Shown here piece after piece: positions 38,571 through 48,562 of a stretch of 64,000 nt of DNA; the stretch's first letter is position 1; each line of letters opens with the position of its first letter. Source of the DNA: Clostridia bacterium. GTDB lineage: Bacteria > Bacillota > Clostridia > Christensenellales > QALW01. Made by a program: the position numbers and the translations under genes. The stretch lies in contig CAAGID010000037.1 in assembly GCA_900769815.1 (NCBI GenBank), forward strand, positions 13,115 through 77,114, given 5' to 3'. The notes beneath the pieces were generated by a model. That model made no database searches. It worked only from the letters and a program-made list of their open reading frames with translations, and was not told the origin of the DNA.

Positions 38571-38786
38571 ATGGATCAGAAAAAAATTGACAGAATAAAT
38601 TATTTGGCAAAAAAGGCAAAAACGGAAGGGTTAACTGAAGAAGAAACAAGGGAACGTGAACAGTTACGCAACGAATACCGTGCATCCTTTATGGCAGGCC
38701 TTTCGGGTATTTTAGATAATACCGTTATTCAGTATCCTGACGGTAGTAAGGTTCCTGTTAAGAAGAAGCCTGACGCCAAAGCTTGA
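38571..38786 (+). CDS. DUF896 (UPF0291, YnzC-like) protein
   Basis: INYLAKKAKTEGLTEEETREREQLRNEY pattern. Confidence 0.75.
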   Translation: MDQKKIDRINYLAKKAKTEGLTEEETREREQLRNEYRASFMAGLSGILDNTVIQYPDGSKVPVKKKPDAKA

Positions 38787-38805
38787 TAATTCCTTGCAAC
38801 CATAA

Positions 38806-38831
38806 CTCCCCAAGCAAATTGGGGAGTTTTT
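38806..38831 (+). terminator. Rho-independent terminator
   Basis: Stem ctccccaa/ttggggag followed by tttt. Confidence 0.75.
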
Positions 38832-39044
38832 ACGTCAAAATCATAATTCCAAAACAAGCAATGGCTAAAAGGGAGCAGATAAGCAGAAAATAATTTCGGT
38901 CGCTTTTCATAAAATCACATCCTTTTAACTTATTTTGCACAAAAAATTTATGGATATGTGCAAAAGAAATAAAAGAATAGAGTTGAATTTTTATTGATTC
39001 TTTGATATAATATAAAAACAAATATGATTATAAGGGGGGATTTA

Positions 39045-41804
39045 ATGGCTGATAAAGAGCATTATAATTTTGAAGTTACGGAGGTTAATAACCCAAAACG
39101 AAACTTTGCTGTTGAAGAAAATGTTAAAATAAACCGTGCAACACGCGAGAGCACACAGTATCGTAAACCTACCCCCGATGAAATAAAGGCTGTTAAAGGA
39201 AAACAGGAAACAAGAGAACAACGTCAGCGTGTAAACAAAGGAAACATGAAAAATGAGTTTTCCGTACTTACTGTTGAAAAGATAGAAAAATCTAAGGCTG
39301 AACCTCAGAAAAAGCAGAGTCCAAGGCCCATTAAGGATATGAGCAGTAACGTATATACCGTTGACAGAACGCGTGAGAGGCAGATAAAGCAAAGAGAAGC
39401 ACGTCAGCGTGAACGTTATCTTAAGCAAAAGGAAATTGAAGAAGCAACAAAAATATTTGTGCCTAAAAAAACTCGGGGTAATTATTTTGTAGATTTATTC
39501 CTTACAACTTTTAAAATGGCAATCTTTTGCATTTTACTCGTTTGTATTTCAGGCATAGGCTTTTTGATTGGTATGTCAAAATCCTATCTTGAATCTGTAC
39601 CGGAATTAAACTTTGATATATTGGTTGAGCAAGAGCAGGCAACAAAAATACTTGATGTAAACGGTAATTTGCTTGGTAACTATTATAATATGGAAAACCG
39701 CGAATGGGCAGGCTTTAATGAAATTCCCGTGGAACTCAAAAATGCCGTAATAGCCATTGAAGACGTGCGTTTTTACAGGCACGTTGGTATGGACTTTAAG
39801 CGTCTTTTCTCAGTAATTATCAGTAACGTTACAAGTGACTCAATGCAGGGCGGTTCAACCATAACCCAGCAGTTAATAAAAAATACCATACTTTCCTTTG
39901 AACAGACCTATAAACGTAAAATTCAGGAGGCTTCTCTTGCCCTTGAACTTGAAAGAAAGTATGATAAGGATACCATATTGGAAGCTTACCTTAATACCAT
40001 ATATATGGGTGGCTCCTGCTACGGTATGAAAACTGCTGCAAAGGATTATTTTGGCAAAGAACTCAATGAACTTACATTAAGAGAATGCGCATGCCTTGCA
40101 GGTATGATACAGAATCCCTCTCGCTTTAATCCCCGCAGTAATTTCCATTCAAGAAATAATCCTGACAGAACAAATAACAGAACAAACCTTGTTCTCTATG
40201 AGATGCTTGAAAACGGCTTTATAAATGAGGAACAGTATCAGGCGGCAAGAAATGATACTCTTACTGTTTTAAAAGATTCTCCCTATGAAGCAGAAACAGG
40301 TATGACTTATTATATGGACTACGTTATTGAAAACGTAGTTGATAATCTTTTAGAGCATGACGGTCTTGAAGATAATGCCGAAAATAGAAAAAAGATAAAG
40401 GAAGAAATACGTACTTCAGGTTACAAGATTTACACAACTCTTGATGCTAATAAGCAAAAAACTGCTGAAAACGCAGTTTATTCCTTTAAGGGCTATCCTA
40501 AAATGCGTTACGAGTCGGACTCGTATACAGTAATCGGAAGAAACCCTGACGGAACTGTTATAAGGCTCACTCAGCCTCAGGCGGCAGTTGCCGTTATGGA
40601 TTATAGGACCGGCTACATTGTTGCTCTTGTAGGAGGAAGACAAGCGCCTGCAGGCAGACTTGAATTTAACCGTGCATTCCAGTCAACAATGCCCGTAGGC
40701 TCGGCAATCAAACCCATTGCAGTTTATGCACCTGCCATTGAATTAGGTAAGGGCACAGGCTCGGTTTATTATGACTATGCAATGAGTCTTCAGGGGTGGG
40801 TTTCTGAAAAAGGATACCCTGAAAATAATAGCCGCAATCACTCGGGGATTGTTACAATGCGTAAAGCCTTTGTTAATTCCCTTAACACGTCTGCGGCGCA
40901 GGCACTATTATATGACGTAGGCATAGAAAACTCGTTTAATACTCTTGTGAACCTTGGTGTAAATCCTGAACATATCAGCAAAACAGGATCAGGTCTTGCA
41001 CTAGGCAGCTCAGGTATAACGCCACTAGAGATGGCAGGAGCATTCTCAGCGGTCGCAAATATGGGGGTTTACATTGAACCTATAGCTTTTACGAAAATAG
41101 AATACCCTAACGGCGAAGTCCGTATCGATATGATAAAACAGCAGGAGCAGCGAAGAGTGCTCAGCGAAAGTACAGCCTGGCAGGTTACTGATATGATGCG
41201 TTCAGTTGCAACAAGCGGTATCCAAAGCAGAATTGACGTGCCGGGACAGACTGTTTATGGAAAAACCGGTACTAACTCAGAATCGCGAGGCGTTTTCTTT
41301 GCAGGCTTTACAGGATATTATACTTGCTGTGTGTGGGTTGGTTCAGATGCTTATAAACCCTTGCAAAATAATGCACAGGGAAGTTCTTATGCAGGACCTT
41401 TATTCTCGGCTGTTATGAAGGCACTTCATAAAGGACTTCCCGATAGAAAAGCAAACGATGTGGAACCTGCAAGTATAGGTGTTAAGAAGGTAAAATACTG
41501 TTCAGTTACCGGTATGATTGCATCAAATGCATGCCCTTCAACGCATATCGATTATGGAAATCCCAATTATCCCGAAAATAACAAAATGAAGAATTGCGAG
41601 CTTCATAGTCTTATTGATGTTTGTACTGAAAGCGGTATGCTTGCAACGGCAAACTGTCCTAAGAATAAAGTTAAGAAAAAATCACTTATTAACTCAATAC
41701 CTTCTCAAGGTTTATTGAATCATATGTATGCAACTGCACCTGAAATCTTTATGTCTGCTGCAGGCAAAATATCCAGTGAAATGGGACAATGCAATATTCA
41801 CTAG
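39045..41804 (+). CDS. Class A penicillin-binding protein (PBP1A-type transglycosylase/transpeptidase)
   Basis: GT51 motifs EDVRFYRHVG and GGSTITQQL. Transpeptidase motifs SAIKP, SLN and KTGT. Start moved to ATG 39045 (RBS aagggggg). Confidence 0.9.
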   Translation: MADKEHYNFEVTEVNNPKRNFAVEENVKINRATRESTQYRKPTPDEIKAVKGKQETREQRQRVNKGNMKNEFSVLTVEKIEKSKAEPQKKQSPRPIKDMSSNVYTVDRTRERQIKQREARQRERYLKQKEIEEATKIFVPKKTRGNYFVDLFLTTFKMAIFCILLVCISGIGFLIGMSKSYLESVPELNFDILVEQEQATKILDVNGNLLGNYYNMENREWAGFNEIPVELKNAVIAIEDVRFYRHVGMDFKRLFSVIISNVTSDSMQGGSTITQQLIKNTILSFEQTYKRKIQEASLALELERKYDKDTILEAYLNTIYMGGSCYGMKTAAKDYFGKELNELTLRECACLAGMIQNPSRFNPRSNFHSRNNPDRTNNRTNLVLYEMLENGFINEEQYQAARNDTLTVLKDSPYEAETGMTYYMDYVIENVVDNLLEHDGLEDNAENRKKIKEEIRTSGYKIYTTLDANKQKTAENAVYSFKGYPKMRYESDSYTVIGRNPDGTVIRLTQPQAAVAVMDYRTGYIVALVGGRQAPAGRLEFNRAFQSTMPVGSAIKPIAVYAPAIELGKGTGSVYYDYAMSLQGWVSEKGYPENNSRNHSGIVTMRKAFVNSLNTSAAQALLYDVGIENSFNTLVNLGVNPEHISKTGSGLALGSSGITPLEMAGAFSAVANMGVYIEPIAFTKIEYPNGEVRIDMIKQQEQRRVLSESTAWQVTDMMRSVATSGIQSRIDVPGQTVYGKTGTNSESRGVFFAGFTGYYTCCVWVGSDAYKPLQNNAQGSSYAGPLFSAVMKALHKGLPDRKANDVEPASIGVKKVKYCSVTGMIASNACPSTHIDYGNPNYPENNKMKNCELHSLIDVCTESGMLATANCPKNKVKKKSLINSIPSQGLLNHMYATAPEIFMSAAGKISSEMGQCNIH

Positions 41805-41876
41805 AAAATTTTATCGTAATAATACGCATGATGTAGCAATAAAAGCTCAAGCCAAAAAATTAAGAGCACTGTCTTT

Positions 41877-42110
41877 GAGGCACCTTCCTTACGGATGGTG
41901 CCTCAGCTATATTCGTGCTTGGCACTAACGATATTTCTTTGATGCGATATGTCGCAAGCAACGCGATATACGGCTTTCGCCGTGCTAAAAGGCACGAATA
42001 TAATATAGTAAAAGTCAAAGGCTTTTATATCACTTTTGCCGCAAGGCAAAAATATCGCTGTAAACTTTTGGTTTGCAATATCACTTTACCTTTCTCAAAG
42101 AAGGTAACCC
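41877..42110 (+). repeat. Copy A of a ~200-bp structured intergenic repeat family (3-prime of the PBP gene)
   Basis: Begins with hairpin gaggcacc...ggtgcctc, then agctatattcg. Homologous blocks occur at 53283-53465 and, inverted, at 54300-54525. Confidence 0.7.
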
Positions 42111-42207
42111 ACTATGACACTTTTAAAATCTGAAATGGTTGTTTTTTTACATAGGAAAACGGAGACTACTTCTTTACGAAGTGTCTCCGTTAACAGTGCT
42201 CTGTTTT

Positions 42208-42993
42208 TTAGTTTGCCTGTAGATTTTCTAAAGTCAGTTTGTCGGCAATTAAGGCGATAAATTCGCCGTTGGTGGGCTTATCATTTTTTCCGTAAACTTT
42301 GAAACCGAAAAGGTCGTTTATATTTTCGATTCTGCCTCGTGTCCAGGCGACCTCAATAGCGTGACGGATGGCACGCTCAACTTTGCTTGATGAGGTTGAG
42401 AATTTTCTTGCAATGCCGGGATATAACTCCTTGGTAATGCGATTAATTGAGTCAGGATTTTCTACTACCATTTTAACGGCTTCCCTCAAAAAATGATAAC
42501 CTTTTATGTGCGCGGGAATGCCGATAGAGATAAAAACGCTGGAAATCTTTTCATCAAGGCTTGTACGGTAAATAGGTGTGTTCTGCTGTCTTGAAATAAT
42601 TTCAGTACCTTTGGATAATGAAATAACGTCACGTATTCTGCTTTTTACAGTATCGTTTTCAAAGGGCTTGGCTATGTAATATTTGGCACCTAAGCTTAAA
42701 GCACGGTACACAAAATTTTCCTGTGCAAGGGCTGAGATAATTATTATTTGGGGCATTATATTGTGCTCACAAAGATATTCCATTACGCCGAAGCCGTCTA
42801 ATTGAGGCATTATAATATCAAGCAATACAATGTCAGGCTTCAGGCGGTTAATCATCTCAATGGCACACATTCCGTTGGCGGCTGTGCCTAAAAACTCAAC
42901 GTCAGGCATATCTTTTAAAAGACTACTTAGTCTGTCCCGAACATCTTGAGAATCGTCTACAACCAAAATTTTTGATTTTTCTGCTTCCTTCAT
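42208..42993 (-). CDS. spo0A: Sporulation master regulator Spo0A
   Basis: Receiver domain ILVVDD...DIVLLDIIMPQLDG, plus the Spo0A-specific C-terminus IGIPAHIKGYHFLREAV...SKVERAIRHAIEVAW. Confidence 0.95.
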   Translation of the reverse strand: MKEAEKSKILVVDDSQDVRDRLSSLLKDMPDVEFLGTAANGMCAIEMINRLKPDIVLLDIIMPQLDGFGVMEYLCEHNIMPQIIIISALAQENFVYRALSLGAKYYIAKPFENDTVKSRIRDVISLSKGTEIISRQQNTPIYRTSLDEKISSVFISIGIPAHIKGYHFLREAVKMVVENPDSINRITKELYPGIARKFSTSSSKVERAIRHAIEVAWTRGRIENINDLFGFKVYGKNDKPTNGEFIALIADKLTLENLQAN

Positions 42994-43165
42994 AAATTTA
43001 ACTCCTTTTTCCTTGATTTAATAGGTAATCTGTAAATTACTTACATATTTTACCATTTTAAAGTTTAAAACGCAAGTAAAATTAACAAAAATTACCATAA
43101 CTTTCGCTCGACATATTTTTTGTTGGAGATGTTTTTTAAGGAAAAAGGTATGAATAAGTCGTAGT

Positions 43166-43822
43166 TTATAATAAATGGAAGAAATTTTTGCGGCTTTCCA
43201 AAATACCTTCAGCACGAAGTTTGCTGATTTCAAGGGAAAGTTCGCTTCTATCGACCTCAAGATAGTCGGCAAGCTCCTGGCGGTCATAGGGGATAGTGAA
43301 TTCCTTGCCGAATTTTTTTTCCTGAATATCAAGATATGCCAAAAGCTTATCACGGGTAGTGCGTTTTGAACAAATTTCCATCTTTTGATGGAATAAAATG
43401 GTCTTCCGGGCAAGGTCCTTCATCAAATTAAAAATAAGCTGTTGGTGAAAACAGCAGTTGTTAGTGCAGGTATGGAGAATATGGGTGCAATCAATCAACA
43501 TAATATATGAAGGCTCGTTGGCAATGGCTGAAACGGGCAGAAAGTCAGTTTCAGCACAGGCAAAGGCTTCTCCGAAAACTTGTGAAGGCTCAACGCTATT
43601 TAGGATACTGCGGTTGCCGTAAAAATCCACTTGGGTAATCTGAACAGAGCCTAAAAGCACTATTCCTATATGCTTTATTTTATCGCCCTCACGAAAAACG
43701 GTGTACTTTTTATCAAAGAAAATTATTTTCGCACCTAAACAGTTAAGCATCCGCAATAGATTTTCATCCTCAATACCGTAAAAAAGAGGACACTTTTTTA
43801 AAATTTCCAAATAATTTTTCAT
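43166..43822 (-). CDS. Crp/Fnr family transcriptional regulator
   Basis: cNMP-binding-like N-terminal domain and C-terminal HTH RQELADYLEVDRSELSLEISKL. Confidence 0.8.
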   Translation of the reverse strand: MKNYLEILKKCPLFYGIEDENLLRMLNCLGAKIIFFDKKYTVFREGDKIKHIGIVLLGSVQITQVDFYGNRSILNSVEPSQVFGEAFACAETDFLPVSAIANEPSYIMLIDCTHILHTCTNNCCFHQQLIFNLMKDLARKTILFHQKMEICSKRTTRDKLLAYLDIQEKKFGKEFTIPYDRQELADYLEVDRSELSLEISKLRAEGILESRKNFFHLL

Positions 43823-43836
43823 AAAAAACCTCGTTT

Positions 43837-43852
43837 TGTTGAAAATTCAACA
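43837..43852. promoter_or_regulatory. Candidate Crp/Fnr-type operator TGTTGA-N4-TCAACA
   Basis: 16-bp dyad tgttgaaaattcaaca in the divergent region. A tatact -10 lies at 43870-43875. Confidence 0.4.
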
Positions 43853-43906
43853 TACTTTATGAAAAAATTATACTACAATTAAATCATAAAAGCAAGGAGG
43901 AAATAA

Positions 43907-44599
43907 ATGATACGAAAAATAATCAAAATTGATACAGAAAAATGTAACGGTTGCGGTCTCTGTGCAAAAGCTTGTCACGAGGGTGCAATAGAAATGATAA
44001 ATAATAAAGCGGTGTTAACACGGGAAGATTACTGTGACGGCTTAGGCGATTGTCTTCCTGCCTGCCCGGTAAACGCAATTTCCTTTGAGGAAAGGGAAGC
44101 ACCTGAATATAATGAAGAGGCAGTAAAAAATGCAAAACTTAATAAAATAGGTAAAAAACTTCCCTGCGCTTGTGTCGGTATTAAGGCAAAGGAAATAAAG
44201 AGGAATAGAGAAGAAAAAGTAATTGCAAGCGGTATAAGCAGGCTTTCCCAATGGCCTTGTCAGATAAAGCTTGTACCGGTAAACGCCCCGTATTTTGATA
44301 ACGCTAATCTCTTGATTGCGGCTGACTGTACCGCCTATGCTTACGGAAGCTTTCACGAAGATTTTATGAAAAATCACATAACGCTTATCGGCTGTCCGAA
44401 GCTTGATGAAGGCGATTACACTGATAAGCTTTACGAGATAATAAAAAACAACAAAATAAAAAGCGTAAAAATAGTGCGTATGGAAGTTCCTTGCTGTTCG
44501 GGTCTTGAAAACGCGGCAAAAAGGGCTCTGCAAAAAAGCGGAAAATTCATCCCTTGGCAGGTAATAACTTTAACAACTGACGGAAAAATACTTGAATAA
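43907..44599 (+). CDS. 4Fe-4S dicluster domain protein
   Basis: CNGCGLCAKAC and CDGLGDCLPACP cluster motifs. Confidence 0.75.
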   Translation: MIRKIIKIDTEKCNGCGLCAKACHEGAIEMINNKAVLTREDYCDGLGDCLPACPVNAISFEEREAPEYNEEAVKNAKLNKIGKKLPCACVGIKAKEIKRNREEKVIASGISRLSQWPCQIKLVPVNAPYFDNANLLIAADCTAYAYGSFHEDFMKNHITLIGCPKLDEGDYTDKLYEIIKNNKIKSVKIVRMEVPCCSGLENAAKRALQKSGKFIPWQVITLTTDGKILE

Positions 44600-44637
44600 T
44601 TTTCTAAACGTGGTAAAATATCATAGAGGTGATTTTA

Positions 44638-46602
44638 ATGAAAATAACAAACGATATTATTTATATTGGTGTAAACGATCACGAAATTGATTTATTTGAA
44701 GGTCAGTACGTAGTGCCTAACGGTATGGCGTATAATTCTTACGTTATTATGGATGAAAAAATAGCCGTAATGGATACTGTTGACCAGAGCTTTACCCATC
44801 AGTGGCTTGATAATCTGCAGAATGCACTTTCAGGAAGAAAGCCTGATTATCTTATCGTTCAGCATATGGAGCCTGACCATTCGGCAAATATTCAGAACTT
44901 TGTAAAAACGTATCCCGATGCAAAAATAGTTGCCTCAGATAAGGCTTTTAAGATGATGCAGAATTTCTTTGGCACAGATTTTAGTGAAAAGCAGATAGTT
45001 GTTAAAGAAAACTCAACTCTTTCCTTAGGTAAGCACACTTTAACCTTTATTACCGCACCTATGGTACACTGGCCTGAGGTTATCGTAACCTATGATGACG
45101 TTGATAAAGTGCTTTTCTCTGCTGACGGCTTTGGTAAATTCGGTGCTCTTGATGTCCAAGAAGACTGGGCTTGCGAGGCAAGAAGATATTATATTGGTAT
45201 CGTAGGCAAGTACGGTGCACAGGTACAGAATCTTCTTAAAAAAGCATCAAACCTTGAAATTGAAAAAATTTGTCCTCTTCACGGTCCCATATTAACTGAA
45301 AATTTAGGGTACTACCTTAACCTTTATAATATATGGTCAAGTTACGAGCCTGAAGATGAGGGCGTTGTTATTGCATATACTTCAGTTTATGGCAACACCA
45401 AAAAGGCTGTAATGCAATTAGCTGAAAAGTTAAAAAGCAAGGGCTGTCCCAAGGTGGTTGTAAACGATCTTGCAAGATGCGATATGGCTGAGGCCGTTGA
45501 AGACGCTTTCAGATACAATAAGTTAGTTTTGGCAACCACAACTTATAATGCAGATATTTTCCCCTTTATGCGTGTTTTTATTGACCATCTTATCGAGCGT
45601 AATTATCAAAACCGCACCATTGCTTTTATTGAAAACGGCTCCTGGGCACCTATGGCAACAAAGGTTATGAAGGGAATGTTTGAAAACTCAAAAAATATAA
45701 CCTATACCGAAAATACCGTTAAAATTATGTCGGCTTTAAATAAGGAAAGCTCTGAACAACTTGAAAAATTAGCCGATGAGCTTTCAATGGAATATCTCGC
45801 CCAAAAAGATGAAACGGCAAACAAAAATGATATGACCGCACTTTTTAAAATCGGTTATGGCCTCTACGTAGTAACTTCTTTTGACGGTAAAAAGGATAAT
45901 GGCTTAATTGTTAATACCGTTTCTCAGGTTACAAGTACGCCCAACAGAATTTCCGTTACTATCAATAAGGAAAACTATTCCCATCACGTTATAAAGCAGA
46001 CGGGAAAAATGAATATCAACTGCTTAAGCGTTGATGCGCCCTTCTCTGTTTTTGAGCGTTTCGGATTCCAAAGCGGAAGAAACGTTGATAAATTTGACGG
46101 CTTTGACGCGCTTCATTCAGATAACGGCTTAGCTTTCCTTAATAGATATATAAATGCCTTTATGTCACTTAAGGTTGAGCAGTACGTTGACCTTGATACA
46201 CACGGTATGTTCATATGCACAGTTGATGAAATGAGAGTAATTTCCGATAGAGAAACTATGACCTATGCCTATTACCACGCTAACGTTAAGCCTAAGCCTC
46301 AGACGGCAGGCAAAAGCGGATACGTATGTAAGATATGCGGATATATTTATGAAGGCGAAAATATGCCCGATGATTTTATTTGTCCTTTGTGTAAGCACGG
46401 GAAAGAGGATTTTGAGAAAATCAGCGATACGGAACAAGCACAAGCAGGCAAGTACGTTTGCAACGCTTGCGGTTATATTTATGACGAGGAAAAGGGCGAC
46501 CCGGAAAACAATATAGCACCGGGAACAAAGTTTGAAGATTTGCCGGAAGACTATACTTGCCCCATGTGCAGCGTGAGCAAAAAACTGTTTTCAAAGAAAT
46601 AA
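44638..46602 (+). CDS. Multidomain flavodiiron protein: metallo-beta-lactamase-like, flavodoxin-like and flavin-reductase-like domains plus two rubredoxin-type domains
   Basis: HMEPDHS di-iron motif, a flavodoxin-like middle region, a flavin-reductase-like segment [23 protein letters not shown], and two CxxC...CxxC modules at the C-terminus. Confidence 0.8.
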   Translation: MKITNDIIYIGVNDHEIDLFEGQYVVPNGMAYNSYVIMDEKIAVMDTVDQSFTHQWLDNLQNALSGRKPDYLIVQHMEPDHSANIQNFVKTYPDAKIVASDKAFKMMQNFFGTDFSEKQIVVKENSTLSLGKHTLTFITAPMVHWPEVIVTYDDVDKVLFSADGFGKFGALDVQEDWACEARRYYIGIVGKYGAQVQNLLKKASNLEIEKICPLHGPILTENLGYYLNLYNIWSSYEPEDEGVVIAYTSVYGNTKKAVMQLAEKLKSKGCPKVVVNDLARCDMAEAVEDAFRYNKLVLATTTYNADIFPFMRVFIDHLIERNYQNRTIAFIENGSWAPMATKVMKGMFENSKNITYTENTVKIMSALNKESSEQLEKLADELSMEYLAQKDETANKNDMTALFKIGYGLYVVTSFDGKKDNGLIVNTVSQVTSTPNRISVTINKENYSHHVIKQTGKMNINCLSVDAPFSVFERFGFQSGRNVDKFDGFDALHSDNGLAFLNRYINAFMSLKVEQYVDLDTHGMFICTVDEMRVISDRETMTYAYYHANVKPKPQTAGKSGYVCKICGYIYEGENMPDDFICPLCKHGKEDFEKISDTEQAQAGKYVCNACGYIYDEEKGDPENNIAPGTKFEDLPEDYTCPMCSVSKKLFSKK

Positions 46603-46623
46603 TATAAAAAGGAGATAAAAATT

Positions 46624-47004
46624 ATGAACGAAACTAAATTCTTTATTTGTGAGCATTGCGGTAATATCGTTGGTATTATCCATAATGCAGGTGTACCTCT
46701 TATGTGCTGCGGTCAGAAGATGACTGAGCTTAAGGCAGGCGTAAAGGAAGCAAGCCTTGAAAAACATATTCCCGTTGCCAAAGTTGAAGGCAATATCGTT
46801 AAGGTTGAAGTTGGCTCAGTACTTCATCCTATGAGCGAGGAACATAATATTTCCTGGGTATATCTTTTAACTGATAAGGGCGGTCAACGTAAAAACCTTG
46901 AAGTAGGTAAGGACCCCGTTGTAACCTTTGCTTTAGCAGATGAAAAGCCAATTGCAGTTTATGCATATTGCAATCTCCACGGCTTGTGGAAAACAGAACT
47001 TTAA
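46624..47004 (+). CDS. Desulfoferrodoxin (superoxide reductase)
   Basis: N-terminal CEHCGN...CCG desulforedoxin-like site, EKHIP motif, and C-terminal CNLHGLW. Confidence 0.9.
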   Translation: MNETKFFICEHCGNIVGIIHNAGVPLMCCGQKMTELKAGVKEASLEKHIPVAKVEGNIVKVEVGSVLHPMSEEHNISWVYLLTDKGGQRKNLEVGKDPVVTFALADEKPIAVYAYCNLHGLWKTEL

Positions 47005-47022
47005 TGAAAGGAGAATTTATTT

Positions 47023-47178
47023 ATGAAATACGTTTGTGATGCTTGCGGATGGACTTATGACGAAGCTTTAGGCGATGCTGATTTAGGTATAGCTCCCGGC
47101 ACAAAATTTGAGGATTTACCTGAAGATTTTGAGTGCCCTTTGTGCGGGGTAGGCAAAGATATGTTTTCTCAGGAGTAA
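47023..47178 (+). CDS. Rubredoxin (51 aa; below the ORF-track length cutoff)
   Basis: My translation: [54 protein letters not shown] aaaggag upstream. Confidence 0.9.
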   Translation: MKYVCDACGWTYDEALGDADLGIAPGTKFEDLPEDFECPLCGVGKDMFSQE

Positions 47179-47658
47179 TCGAGCACGAAAAATCTTGAAA
47201 CAGTGTGTTGTGGTAACCGTGAACGCTTAGTAATTTACGAAACGTGTAAACTCCTTTGCGTTCAGAACATTACACCTTTGATTTTTAAGCTTTTTTGCAC
47301 TCTTTGCACTGTGAAATGCAAAATAATAAGCTCCTATAAGGAGCTCAGAGCACTGACAAACCCTTACAAACATATACCCCTGCAAGAATTTTGCAGGGGT
47401 ATATTTCCTTCGTTGCATTCACTTGCAAAATTTGGTCATTTACGTCTGTGTAAACTCCCTCTTTTGCAAGTTCTGCGCCTTGACTTGCAAGGGTTTCTCG
47501 AACTCTGGCAGTCTGCTGACTTTGTCAGCAGACTGAAGCTCCTATAAGGAGCTTTTATTTTCTTAATTTTAAAATAATAGTTTGACATTTTTTGATAAAG
47601 TAATATAATTAGCATGTGTTTTTAAAACGTACTATTTTAATTTAGAAAGTGATTTATT

Positions 47659-48534
47659 ATGAAAAAAGGTTATTTATACGCCGCTATTTCTATCTTCTGT
47701 TGGTCAACGGTGGCAACGGTAACGAAACTTTTACTTACAAGTTTAAATAACTTTCAACTTTTATGGGTAAGTTCCTTTTTTGCTGCTCTTTTTTTGTTTT
47801 TTATAAATCTTTTTACGGGCAAATTAAAAAAATTAAAAGAGTATTCAATAAAGGATTTTGTAATTTCTATATTGATAGGCTTGCCGGGAACGTTTTTCTA
47901 TTATATATTCTATTACTTTGGCGCTTCACAGATGAACGCATCAGAAGCGTTTATAATCAACTATCTTTGGCCTATAATGAGCGTTGTTTTCGCAATTATA
48001 ATTTTAAAGGATAAATTAAACTTCCGTAAGGCTCTAGCTATTCTTTTATCGTTCTCGGGTATTATAATCATTATGCTTGGTAAACAACAAGGTGAGGCAA
48101 GCAGCAACTTTATTTTAGGTGCAATATCCTGTATTTTAGGTGCAGTTTCTTACGGAGCGTTTACTGCTTTAAATAGAAAGTATACTTATGATAAAAGTCT
48201 TTCAATGATGAATAACTATACCTTAACTTTCATACTTACCACAATCATTAACGGTGTTATGGGTAATCTTTTTGTGCCTACACCTATTCAGGCATTGGGT
48301 ATGGCATGGAACGGAATGTTCACAATGGCAGTTCCAAGCGTTCTGTGGATTCTGGCTCTTCAACTTGGTAAGACGGAGAAGATTTCAAACCTTGCATATA
48401 TTACACCCTTTTTGTCAACTATATGGGTAGTGCTTTTCTTGCACGATAAATTAAGTCCTTATTATATAATCGGATTTATTGTTATTATATGCGGAATTTT
48501 AATTCAACTAAAAAAGGAAAAAAATACAAAATAA
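47659..48534 (+). CDS. EamA/DMT family transporter
   Basis: ~10-TM 291-aa protein with a duplicated EamA-like layout. Terminator at 48535-48562. Confidence 0.75.
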   Translation: MKKGYLYAAISIFCWSTVATVTKLLLTSLNNFQLLWVSSFFAALFLFFINLFTGKLKKLKEYSIKDFVISILIGLPGTFFYYIFYYFGASQMNASEAFIINYLWPIMSVVFAIIILKDKLNFRKALAILLSFSGIIIIMLGKQQGEASSNFILGAISCILGAVSYGAFTALNRKYTYDKSLSMMNNYTLTFILTTIINGVMGNLFVPTPIQALGMAWNGMFTMAVPSVLWILALQLGKTEKISNLAYITPFLSTIWVVLFLHDKLSPYYIIGFIVIICGILIQLKKEKNTK

Positions 48535-48562
48535 AAACTCGGAAAATTTCCGAGTTTTTTTA

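Noticed and set aside
41915-42133. 72-aa ORF. The same applies to 41728..41928, 53042..53362, 54294..54515, 47203..47547 and 47227..47418, all in intergenic repeat or hairpin regions.
   Set aside because: No RBS. They run straight through conserved hairpins and repeat modules that occur in both orientations. Composition is typical of chance ORFs.
43107-43113. ctcgaca (reverse complement tgtcgag), a one-mismatch Spo0A 0A-box upstream of spo0A
   Set aside because: It is a single degenerate heptamer, and chance occurrence is too likely to call autoregulation.
43018-43413. 131-aa minus-strand ORF overlapping the Crp/Fnr gene in another frame
   Set aside because: The Crp/Fnr frame has clear family motifs, whereas this frame has none.
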